Shown here one piece after another: positions 13,903 through 24,848 of a DNA stretch of 64,000 nt. This stretch comes from Amoebidium appalachense. Lineage: Eukaryota > Protista > Ichthyosporea. Below the pieces are notes generated by a model that saw nothing but the letters and a program-made list of their open reading frames with translations, was not told the origin of the DNA and did not search any database. Position 1 is the stretch's first letter; each line of letters begins with the position of its first letter. Location of the stretch: positions 696,745 to 760,744 of the forward strand of contig CAVNZM010000001.1 of NCBI GenBank assembly GCA_963693365.1. Direction: 5' to 3'. The position numbers were made by a program, and so were the translations under genes.

Positions 13903-14814
13903 TTGGGTGGCCGTTGTAGTGCAGTGTCATGTTGATGATGCCACGGTGTGTGGCATTGACGGTGCCGAGGCCGTGAATGGGGGTGGGAGGACACGGGGTA
14001 AGGGAGGAGAAATACTCCTTGATGGGGCAGATGTGTGCATTACAAGCATTGTCCCAGAAGGGGTCGTCACGGTCGGGTGTGCCGGTGGAGGAGATGAGTG
14101 CAAATTGCACACTCTTGTTGCCTTTCTCCTGCTTGGCACGAAGAGCAACACACAGCCAGGCTCCGAGCATGCTGTGATGTGATGGGGCTCATGGCAGTAG
14201 GAACACTCCACCTTCTTGGTGTTGTGCTGTCGGTTACGGTTATCCCTGTTACCACGGTGGTAAGGGGAAGTTGAACGGGGGCCGGGTGACTTGGAGGAAG
14301 GACGAGGATCACGGGAACGGGACGGGGAACGGTGAGGTGTATGCTCACGTCGAGGAATACGGTTGCGGAGGTCACCGGGGGGAAGCACTCTGCTCTGGAG
14401 TGCACGGAGGGGACGGTTGTTGACGGTTGCACCAGTACCTGCGTCGATGAGGCCGGCACGGATTTCAGCTCCTCGGATGTCACTGATGAGCTGGTTGAAG
14501 GACGGGTAGGCCTTGTTGTTCATCCAGTAGTCGGAGCAGAGACGTTCAATGTCGGAGCAGACCAGGGCCGTGTTCTTCCGGAGGTGAAGGAAGAACTTAC
14601 GTACGACATCCTTGTGCTGGACGGGCTCGTCGAAGAAGGCAAGTGTCGTAGCCAGACGTTGGAGACGGGTGAGGTATGCTATGACGTTGGGGTAGTCTCG
14701 TAGTTCAAGCTCCTCGAAGGTGACTTGAATCTGGGTGACCCGGGCCTCCTTCTCTGCTACATACGCCATACGTAGGTTGTGGAAGACTTCTCCACCGTGG
14801 ACACCGTCTTGCAT

Positions 14815-15731
14815 TGTTGTAATACGTAGTATCTACATATGGTAAGATCTTCTCAGTTTGTGTTATGTTTCAGTTCATATGCTTAGTGTATATGCCACAC
14901 TCCTATTATGTAAAGTGTAGCATCGATCTCCGATATGCTTGTATACTTGTAATCGTGTTGTATCGGCTCTAATCGTGTATTGTAATATCGATTAGAATAT
15001 TTATATGTGTGTACACGGATCCACCCACTCAGGGAGAGACGTGTACATGTTCGTGTGTACATAAATATCTCTGGTTATAGTTATGCTATTACTATCTTGT
15101 TTGTTGATCTGTGCTCTCTTTTCCTCCCTCTTTCTCCTTCCTTGTTTTCTTTTCTTTCTCTCCTTGTCTTCATGTGTATAATCGTATTTATTTTCTACTA
15201 ATATATGTTAGGTAGATTTGTGTTACTTAATACGTGTTCATTGGACGGTAACACACTTAGGCTACACTTAGAATAGCATGTGTGTTTAGACTTCATTAAT
15301 TCACTTTAGTTTTCATGTGTTGCCGGGCTTTAACCAATCATCAAGGTTAAGTGTGATATGTCTGAGTCTTTGCAGTATGTCATAGGTTAGAACTTCCTTG
15401 ATGATGACACGAGTTGATCTTAACTAGTGTCTGTGTCCTAACGTGTACGTCTCCGCGTACCGGATCTCTCTGAAAGCAATTGGTTCTTAGTGATTGGTTT
15501 CTATTAGAGATAGATCTGATTTCCGACTGTTCGGAAATCATGTATGGATTGGACTTAGAGGAATTTCAGGTATTTATTCGAAGATCAGAATAAATTCAGT
15601 TCAGTCGTGTCTAAACATTGATGTCTGTTGTGTACACTGCTCCGGTCGTTTCGTGCTTTGTCGTTGTGTGTGTCTGTGGTGTTTTCACACTGCACCACTG
15701 TGTCTCTGCTTTCATCCCAAATACTTATATA
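14815..15731 (+). mobile_element. Solo LTR-A lacking the last ~8 nt, antisense within Copia-B gag
   Basis: Starts TGTTGTAATACG and ends ...AAATACTTATATA; flanked by a 114-bp duplication of gag (14701-14814 = 15730-15843). Confidence 0.93.
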
Positions 15732-16704
15732 GTTCAAGCTCCTCGAAGGTGACTTGAATCTGGGTGACCCGGGCCTCCTTCTCTGCTACATACGCCATAC
15801 GTAGGTTGTGGAAGACTTCTCCACCGTGGACACCGTCTTGCATCCGGCCGGAGTCGTAGAGCTCGGTCGGATGGACGGACTGGTTGAGGATCTGGTCGAG
15901 GACGTCGAAAGCTTTCTTGTAGGAGTCCTTGGTGACGTAGCCTAGCCACTGGTTGGCGTCGGTGCCGTCAACCCACTGTGGCCTCTTGATAGCGTCAACG
16001 AATTTCTCGGCAATGGTTGTTCTAATGAACCGGTGAATGAGTGGCTCCCACTCGAAATAATTAAGACGTTTCTCGTCTCTTTTCTCGGACGGATTCCATA
16101 TTGGAAGGTTGATATACGACGGTTTGTCAGTCATAATTGAACAGTAAGACTGAGGAATTTCGCGGTTGTAACGAGATTGTGTGTTAGCGTGCAAAGGGGC
16201 CGTAAACCTGTTGTTTTGTGTGGGTAAACGGAGAAGCAGAGAGCACAGATGGGTGTTATGATATACACAACACAGAGACACACGGGAAAACACAACCGGA
16301 GAGGTGGAACGATTTCTGGAACCATAGGAAATGAATACGACTGCTTGAGATTTATTCCAAGATGAAGTCCCTTTTATGGTTTTATTTGTGGAAATTATTG
16401 ACATAAATATTTTTCTGGGTAAACACGTAGGATGGGTGTCCGATATCAACAGGCTTCGTTTCATGTTTTAGCAGTTCGCGTTCGGCTGCCCGCATACGGG
16501 CACCAGGCTATTAGCCGATCAAAACGTCAGATTCCACAGATCACTAGACCGAGTTTGATTGGCTCAGGATAAGATTTCACATAACACTAGATCGGTTTTG
16601 ATTGGCTCAGTTCGGTAGCCTTAGGTATATAAGCACGACAGTTTTTAGCAGATCAGCAAGCAACAACACATCTTCTGTGTTTAGCACCTACAGCTTTACA
16701 GCTA

Positions 16705-19700
16705 CACCACTGTGTCTCTGCTTTCATCCCAAATACTTATATAATTTAACAGGTTATGCAGCCCTTTTGCACGCTCCCTACACACATCTAGAACTAGCGA
16801 TCGTTTTTCAATCATGGATCCAAACAAAACTGGCGTAAGCAAAAATAACCATGTGGAAAGGTGAAGGGAAGACTGGTCCCGATAGCAAAACCACCTATTT
16901 TCAATGGGAAATCATTTTTCTTGGCATGATGACCGGCACTAAAGGTGTCCGGCTCGTGGATGTTGGCCTTGCTGACAACTACGTCCCCCCTACCACCGTC
17001 GCGGTTGACGGTGAACCCCCCTTCTACGGCTACGGCACTACCGCGGAACTCAAGGAGGCCCGCAATTGCCTCCTGCTCCATATGATTCAGAACATCGACC
17101 CTTCCGTCCTCACCACCGTTGCCCAGTACCGTATTGGTATGGACGCTGAACGGGCCATGTGGAAATTCCGTCAACACTACCTCCAAGGCAAACCCGATCA
17201 GATCCGCATCATTCACCGTCAGTGGGATGCCTGTGCCCTTCAGCCCGGTGAATCATTCACCACCTACCTGAGTCGTCTGCAGATCATCGTGAACCAGCTC
17301 CAGTCCCTCCAAGATGAGTCAATTCACTTCACTCGTCTAGCTGAGAAGTTCTTCAATGAACTCACCACCAGAGACGACCTCACCCCTGAGTTCAACCGTC
17401 TTATCGAAGACTATCACTTCGGTGATAAGATATTCCCCGACTTCGAGTCCCTCCACAACCACGTCAAGGGCATCGAGTTACGTCAAGACCTCAAGATGCA
17501 ACTCCGGAGCAACCGTGCCCACCGTGCCTCCAAGTCCAGCATGGCATTAAATGCCAGTGCTCCCCCCCGTGATCTTCCTCGCCGTGACTTACGCAACCGA
17601 CTTGACCGTACCCCTGGCACGGACCTCCGACCTGCCTTCCGGTCCACGTCTCGTTCCCCCAGTCGTTCCCGTTTCTCGGGTTCCCGTCGTTCTGATTCCC
17701 CGGCTCGTTCTAACAACCCGTCCGTGAAAGCATGCTCCTACTGCCACGAGCCTGATCACACGATCATCGATTGCCCCGAGCCGAAATGCCGTATGTCCAG
17801 ACACAACCGTTCCCGTCAAGGCAGTGAGAAATCTGTCTCCTTTGCTTTCTCGGCATACAATGCTAGCTCCGTCCCCGTGTCCTCCGACCCTGCCTGGGAT
17901 TCTGGGTGCAACATGACTGTCTGCCCCACCCGTGAGTTCTTCCATGACCTCACTCCCCTTCCGACACCGACTCCCGTTGCTGCCTTCAATGGCACCCCCG
18001 TCTTGGCCACCCACACCGGCCATATCGTCATCAACACCACCACCGACCATGGCACAGCCACCCTTACCATTGAAGCCTACTACACCCCGTCTGGCCAAGC
18101 CTTCCTCATTTCAACATCCCAAGCTGCTGCCGAATACATCAAGGGTGATTTGAATGATGCCTCCACTCCGTCATTCCTCTTCGACCGACTCACCGGCCGT
18201 CATCTCGTCAACCTCCGTCTACACAACGGTCTGTATTACTTCAAGGACTACACCATTCAACCACCCACTCGTCCTGTGGCTCTGGCTGCCACCACCAGTG
18301 TTAACCCATCCATCTGGCACCATCGTCTGGGGCACCGTGCTATGACCAGCATCAAGGACATGGTGCAACACGACCTTCTTATTGGTCTCCCCTCGTCTGT
18401 CCTCGACTGTGATGTTCCTGATTGTCATGGCTGCATTATGGGTAAAACCACCAAGGCTCCGTTCAAGGGTGACCGTCCTCACTCCAACATCCCCGGTCAT
18501 GAATGGCATTGGGATTTTTTTGAGCCTACCACAACATCGTACGGAGGTTCCAAGGTTGCTCTCGTCACTGTCTGCCGTGCCTCTGGACTCGTCAAGATCT
18601 ACCCGATGGCCGACCGTACAAACACCCTGGACATTCTCACAGCTCACACCAACCTCGTTGCTACCCATGCCCCCTCCAAAGTTGGTGTCTACCACTTCGA
18701 CTCCGGCTCTGAGTTCACCTCCAAGTCTACCCGTGCTTTTTGCCTCTCCCTGGGCATCAAGGCCAGCTATGCTCCGGTGGACTGCCCTCAACTGAACGGC
18801 TATGTTGAACGTCGTATGCGGTTCCTCCAAGAGATTGTTCGTTGCCTCCTCCATCAAGTCCCAGATCAGTCTCTGTCCCCCAAACTGTGGGCTGAGGCCC
18901 TCCAACATGCCGCCTACATCATCAACGTCACCCCGTCCACGACTGCCAATGGTCGTACACCATTCGAGGTTTTCTACGGTGTCAAGCCCGACATCTCCGA
19001 GCTCAAAGTGTTCGGCTGCCCTGCCTACACTCATGTGCCAGCCTCTAAACGGAACAAGCTGGCCCCCACCGTCAAACTCGGCATGTATATCGGCTATGAT
19101 CTTCAATCACACTGCCACCGGATCTTCAACCCCACCACTCATCGTGTCGGCCTCTTCCGTGATGTGATTTTCGACGAATCAGCTTATCTCCCGTCCGACA
19201 TTCCCTCAACACTTCCGACCCCCGACACCACTGCTACCTTGACCACTCCACCCCCCCCCCACAGTTGACACTGAAGATGATGTTTGTCTGGTGTACTCTG
19301 GCCCCCCTCCTGCCATCGTCGTTCCCCCGACACCCCCCCCCCACCGGCCCCCCTGCCCCCGTGCCCGTCCCGCCTGCCGACCCTCATCCTGCCCCTGGCA
19401 ACGTCACACCCATCCGACCCGGCTCCCCCGACAACTTCGACTGGACCCCGTCCAGCCCGGAGGTTGCCCCCCCTGCAATTCCGAACTTCCAAGTTCCCCC
19501 CCCACCGTCTCCACCTCCCCCGGTTCCTGCACCCCGTCGTTCTGCCCGTCTACAGGGCAAGGTTGGACTTCAAGCCACCACCACCCTGCCAGTCCCCCCC
19601 GGTCCCCCCATCAACATCGACCAACTACCCAAACTTGTCCGTCAACTGTGTTCCGGACCCAATGGTGACCAGGTCAAGTCAGCCCTCACTGCTGAGTATC

Positions 19701-20140
19701 AAGCCTTCGTCGACAAAGACATCTTTGAACTTGTTGACCCTCCCCCTGGTGCTAACATCGTCGGCTTCAAGTGGATTGTCTCCGAGAAAACTCTCAACTC
19801 GGCTGGTGACACCAAGATCAAGGCCCGTGGTGTTGCTCAAGGCTTTAGTCAGCAATACGGTGTTGACTATGAGTTGATTGAGAGCCCTGTCATCCGTCCG
19901 GCTGCTCTCCGTGCTATCCTAGCTCTGGCCGTTGTTGAAGGTCATGACATCCATCAACTCGACGTGTCTATGGCCTTTCTCAACAGCCCACTCTCCGAGA
20001 CCATCTACATGAAACAACCCCCGGGATTCATCACCATGGCCACACTTGGCAAGGTCTGGAGACTCAAGAAAGCCCTGTATGGCCTCAAGCAAGCCTCCAA
20101 GGCTTGGTACGACTTCCTCGACGGCATTCTTCTTGCCCAT
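16705..20140 (+). pseudogene. Copia-A U5 end, PBS, gag-PR-IN and N-terminal RT
   Basis: ORFs 16851-19268 and 19265-20140: CSYCHEPDHTIIDC, WDSGCN, IWHHRLGH..CHGC, DDE core, LKKALYGLKQA; frameshifts fall mainly in homopolymer tracts. Confidence 0.95.
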
Positions 20141-21411
20141 GTGGCGCCGTTACCAAGAAAGGGAACCCCCCCAAGTACCGTCGAATCCACCACCTCTCCT
20201 GGCCCCGGGGTAGCAGTGTCAATGACAGCATCACCTACCCCGACGAACTTCAGTACATTCGCGCCCGGGACGTCACCCAGCTCATTCTCGACGCAGGCCC
20301 CGGCTGCTACATGGCCGTGGCAGATGTGCAGGCTGCCTTCCGGCACATGCCCATCCGACCAGAATCCATCACTTAATGGCATTCAAATGGCTGGGGCATT
20401 TTTACGTTGAAACCAGACTGCCCTTCGGCCTGAAATCTAGCCCAGCCATCTGGGAACGGATCGCGGCCACCCTACAGTGGCTGGCACACCAGCACGGTAT
20501 TACCCTCATCCGCCACTACGTAGACGACTGGATTATAGTCGCCCCCACACAAGAGCAGTGCCAACGTCACCTATCCACCTTCCTGCAACTCTGCCGAGAG
20601 CTGCACATTGCCATCTCCGAAGACAAGATGCAGGGCCCGGCTACCCGTGTCATCTTCATCGGTATCGAATTCGACTCCATCGCCATGGAGGCACGAATCC
20701 CGGCTTCCAAGCTCTCGGACCTACTCGACCTCACTTCCCACCCAAAGCCCACCATCACCATTCGGGACCTCCAGTCCCTCCTGGGCAAACTCACCTGGTG
20801 TGCCCAGCTGGTTCCCCCCGGGAGGGCCTTCTCCCAGTGCCTATGGGCCCTTCTCCGGACCCACCCACACCTTGCCGGCCACCACCACATACGACTGACT
20901 GCTGCCCCTCATCACACCCCCCACATACACTACCCTGGCCACCGATGCTGCCGGATCGGTGGGTCTAGGAGGCCACTGGCTCGACCAATGGTTCTTCATG
21001 CCCTGGTCCCCCTCCACCCAAGCCCTCTATGCTCATGAGGGTAAACTCGGTTCTTCCGTCATCGAACTCCTGGCCATCGCAGCCGCCGTGGCCCTCTGGG
21101 CCCCCTCCTGGTCCACCCACCATGTCCGTATTTTATGCGACAACACGGGTGCTGTGTCTGACCTGCACTCCCGGTCTTCCCCCCACCCCGTGATGGCCAA
21201 ACTTATTCGGTTCATCACCCGCATGGAAATGCAATACCAATTTACATTACAGGCATCCTACCTACCAGAACCCCTCAACCATCTGGCCGATGCCCAACTT
21301 AACCCTCGTAACCAACTTCCCCGGGCCCGACGACTCCGACCTTCCCTGCAACCGGAGCCCTGCCCCTTCCCCTCCTGGGTCCACGAGTTCCTATCCCTTC
21401 CCTTGGGCTAA
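20141..21411 (+). pseudogene. Ngaro/DIRS reverse transcriptase-RNase H (frameshifted)
   Basis: PCGAVTKKG..KYRRIHHLSWP, ADVQAAFR, LPFGLKSSP, YVDD, TDAAG, IELLA, CDN, NHLAD. Confidence 0.9.
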
Positions 21412-22492
21412 CCCCCCCCCCCCCCCCCCAGATCTCCCGTTCCGGAGCAACGCTGGCAGATTGGCCCCCCACTTTGCTCCGGCCGAGCTGCTTCGAGCCA
21501 CCACTACCCTGCAGGAATGCCAGGCCCTGAGTCTCAACCTCGACTCTCGGGCCTTTTACTCCCGGGTGCAAAAAGTGTTCATCGATTTCTGTGTGGTATC
21601 TCGGCTGCAATCCCCCTCCGGGTCCTCCCTCCCGGCCTCCCCACACACCGTGCAACTTTTTCTCGCCTGGTGTGCCCAACGAGGGGTACAGGCCTCTTCC
21701 TTAACCGGCTACAATTCGGCCATCACCAGGCTCCACCTCGACATGGGCCTCCCTGCTCCCTACCCCCACGACAAGTCTCTGGCCTGGTTCCTACGGGGGG
21801 TGGGCAGATGGCAGCTTTCTCACAACATCCGACCCCGCTCATCCACCAGGGAACCCCTCCTGCCCTCCCACCTCAGCCTACTCCATGGCCAGTGCCCCAC
21901 CAAGGCCTCCTCGGCCAATCTCCGGCTATGGACGGCAGTCATCGTCGGTTTCTGTGGTCTCCTCCGTTCAGGGGAATTTACCTCCAAGACCCTGACTTCT
22001 TTCGACCCGTCCCGTCACGTTAAACGGAAGGACGTGACCTTCACCTACACCCCCACCGGTACTTTGTCCCATGCCACCCTCCACCTGCCAACCTCTAAGA
22101 CGGATGTACAGGCCCGAGGTGTCAACGTCACTCTAGCTGCCCTGCCCCTCACCCACTTCTCCCCAGCCCATCTCCTCCGGCAGTTCCTGGATACAACGTC
22201 CGGTCAACCCGACGACCCCCTCTTCAGTCTCGGTGGCATCCCCTACACCAAGAGTGCTTTCTCTGCCGACTTCCGTGCCCTCCTCTCCCGGGCAGGCCTC
22301 TCACCCTCCCGGTTTGCCGGACACAGCCTCCGCATCGGGGGGGCCACAGCACTGGCTGAGGCCGGGGTCGACGACTCCCGGATCACACAACTCGGCAGGT
22401 GGTCCTCCGACTGTTTCCTGATCTATACCCGACTTCGTCCGGCCTCCATTGCTGCCACTACCACACGTGTATTCGTCTCTATTCTTAAGTGA
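21290..22492 (+). CDS. Tyrosine recombinase of the Ngaro element (open ORF overlapping RNase H; true start uncertain)
   Basis: Catalytic motifs GLLRSGEF, SKTD, HSLRIGGAT, GRWSSDCFLIY. Confidence 0.92.
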   Translation: MPNLTLVTNFPGPDDSDLPCNRSPAPSPPGSTSSYPFPWANPPPPPPDLPFRSNAGRLAPHFAPAELLRATTTLQECQALSLNLDSRAFYSRVQKVFIDFCVVSRLQSPSGSSLPASPHTVQLFLAWCAQRGVQASSLTGYNSAITRLHLDMGLPAPYPHDKSLAWFLRGVGRWQLSHNIRPRSSTREPLLPSHLSLLHGQCPTKASSANLRLWTAVIVGFCGLLRSGEFTSKTLTSFDPSRHVKRKDVTFTYTPTGTLSHATLHLPTSKTDVQARGVNVTLAALPLTHFSPAHLLRQFLDTTSGQPDDPLFSLGGIPYTKSAFSADFRALLSRAGLSPSRFAGHSLRIGGATALAEAGVDDSRITQLGRWSSDCFLIYTRLRPASIAATTTRVFVSILK

Positions 22493-23169
22493 AACCTTTG
22501 GAGCAAGCATACTGCTCTCGTGCCGTGGTTTACAACCATTGCAGGTTCACTTTCGTCCAAGGGGATGTCCCCCTAGAGGCAACACACGTCCCGGAGTAGT
22601 TTTCATAGAGGTTTTATTTGTGGAAATTATTGACATAAATATTTTTCTGGGTAAACGCGTAGGATGGGTGTCCGATATCAACAGGCTTCGTTTAATGTTT
22701 TAGCAGTTCGCGTTCGGCTGCCCGCATACGGGCACCTATTAGCCAGTCAAAACATCAGATTCCACAGATCACTAGACCGAGGTTTGGTTGGCTCAGGATA
22801 AGATTTCACATAACACTAGATCGGTTTTGATTGGCTCAGTTCGGTAGCCTTAGGTATATAAGCACGACAGTTTCTAGCAGATCAGCAAGCAACAACACAT
22901 CTTCTGTGTTTAGCACCTACAGCTTTACAGCTATATTTTCTTTTTCACCCACCCACCTACACCCTACACTCAACCCCCATTGATCCCCACATACGTGCTG
23001 TTTTTTCACGGGGCGAAGACTTCCCCCGTTTTTTGGGCACAAGGACCTCACGAATCAATAAATTGATGACTGGGGGCCTGCCGTGGTTTACAACCATTGC
23101 AGGTTCACTTTCGTCCAAGGGGATGTCCCCCTAGAGGCAACACACGTCCCGGAGTAGTTTTCATAGATC

Positions 23170-24147
23170 GGAATGATATTGTTATGCTATAGTATTGGAT
23201 ACATCTGGATTTGCAGAAAAGGATATTGGAATGAAATCTTACTATTATGTCACAACATCTCAGAATGATAACGTTGTGGATACTGTCCTAATATCGGAAA
23301 GGGGTATAAAAATAATCAAGATATCCGAAAGGGCCTATTTAGATATTGTGGAGGTATATGAGGATAGTATATCTCTGTGATATCCAAAAAAGTTCTTTCA
23401 TATCCATTTGGTATCCATTTTTCATCCGGAAAAAACAGATATATTCAGTTTTTCAGAACATTTTATGATAACTATCTAATATCATTTAGATAAATGTTGA
23501 CTATCTCAAAAGATATGTAATTGGATGCCGGATGCCATACGCCCATCTGCAATATCTACATCCCCATCCCGGAGGGGTATCGGGATGGAAAACGTTGGAT
23601 GGGCGCCTAATATTAGAACGATATTAGACTAATATCTGTTTTGGAATTTCGGTATCTACGATATCATAAATGTTTTTTGGATGGGGGTCGTCCTTTGCTG
23701 ATGTGATTGGACAATAGATATATATGGAATTCGGTTTATTGCAAAGTGTCTTCACTTTGAGAGTGTCGACTATTAGGAAATATATGTATTTAAATAAGTT
23801 TCTTTATAGAGACGAACATAAATATATATATGTGAGTTAATAGTGACTAGATGTATAATTACTTAATTTATTCTAAACTTTAGTTTAATCAGAAGTTGGA
23901 ATGCGTATGCTCTGTCGGAATGTGTTTTTCTATCTTCTGATAGAACCGATTGGTTCTCCCTCTTTAGTTGTGATAAGATGATAAGTCGCAAGTACAAAAG
24001 GAACCGAGAGCACAATAAAGAATCAGTTGTTGTTTGAATCTTTCAATGTCTCGTGAACAACTCCGATTGCCCGCTCATTAATGTGTTAGTCGTGTTTTAC
24101 ATGACACCTCTGTGCACTCTGCTCCCTTAGACCCGTACAAAACAACA
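23170..24147 (+). mobile_element. Probable third Copia-type LTR (LTR-C), 5'-truncated by the Ngaro end
   Basis: AT-rich and non-coding; 3' end TCTGTGCACTCTGCT..ACAAAACAACA resembles the LTR-B U5 end; abuts a poly-G tract. Confidence 0.55.
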
Positions 24148-24848
24148 GGGGGGGGGGGGGGGGGGAAGGGGGGGAGGGGCAAAAACAACGAATATGTATA
24201 ACGTTTGTAGTCGGGGTATGACTAACTGGGTTTGAAACCAGTGAAAGATAGAGTAGAATCGCGGTACAGGTCAAACAATATATAAAAACCCTAAGTGGGC
24301 ATACCCACAAAGGCAATATACATATGAAATAATGATGGTGGTAAATTAAGTAGTAATCAGCCCAGCCGGGAGGCAGTGTTGATGCATCTGCTGTCCAGGG
24401 CCCCAGCCGTAGTAGAAAACCACACGTGAAGTAAGACGGGTCAATCGAAAATATCCGGCACACAAAGTCGGGCACGATGGGTGACGTGACTCGGGCCAGG
24501 GAGGGGTTTGGTGAGGATGTCGGCCAAGTTGTGAGCTGACTCGACATAGTGGACAACAACATCCCCACTGGCAATGTAGTCTTTAGCTCAGCTTCGGTGG
24601 TGCTGGTGGCCGTGATGGGCTGGAGCTTGGAGTACCAGATGATGGGCATACCAGCAAACTCGATGATGTAACCGGTGGTAGACTTCTTGCTGTCAGCACA
24701 ACCAGCAAAGTCAGCATCCGTGTAGCACTCGAGGATGGGGGGCGTGGTGGCCGAGTACTTGTAGTCAATGCCAAGGTCAATGGTACCGAGGAGGTACCGG
24801 GCCACACGACGGAGAAGGTCCCAGTGAGTCTTGCTGTCATCTTCACTT

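Larger units (their letters stand above)
10957..16377 (-). mobile_element. Copia-B element: U5 of 5' LTR (16377->16209), PBS, gag (ATG 16134), PR, IN, RT; truncated at YV(DD) and interrupted by two solo LTRs
   Basis: CSYCHEPHHITAC knuckle, WDNACN protease, IWHNRLGH, FDSGSEF/NGVVER, KWIV..KARGVAKGF, QLDVSTAFL, LKKALYGLKQA; LTR end AAAACAACA followed by GGTTTACGGCCC. Confidence 0.92.
16378..23169 (+). mobile_element. Ngaro-type (DIRS order) tyrosine-recombinase retroelement with A1..B1-A2..B2 split direct repeats; gag region replaced by Copia-A sequence
   Basis: A1 16378-16704 matches A2 22609-22933; B1 22521-22608 matches B2 23079-23167; RT/RH/YR ORFs lie between. Confidence 0.85.

Noticed and set aside
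15007-15201. Recurrent 64-aa ORF MCTRIHPLRE.. with hydrophobic tail in every LTR-A
   Set aside because: GTG start, derived from a CT-rich tract; recurrence reflects LTR identity and there is no independent coding evidence.
18219-19106. Long antisense ORFs over Copia pol (also 34149-35036 and 41249-42136)
   Set aside because: Shadow frames expected from the C-rich codon bias of the sense ORF.
19250-19345. Programmed frameshift in Copia-A pol
   Set aside because: Frame breaks fall in poly-C runs and differ between copies (40331-42205 reads through), so they are indels or sequencing errors.
21290-22492. Phage or prophage integrase, or bacterial contamination
   Set aside because: It overlaps a DIRS-type RT/RH and lies within Ngaro split direct repeats.
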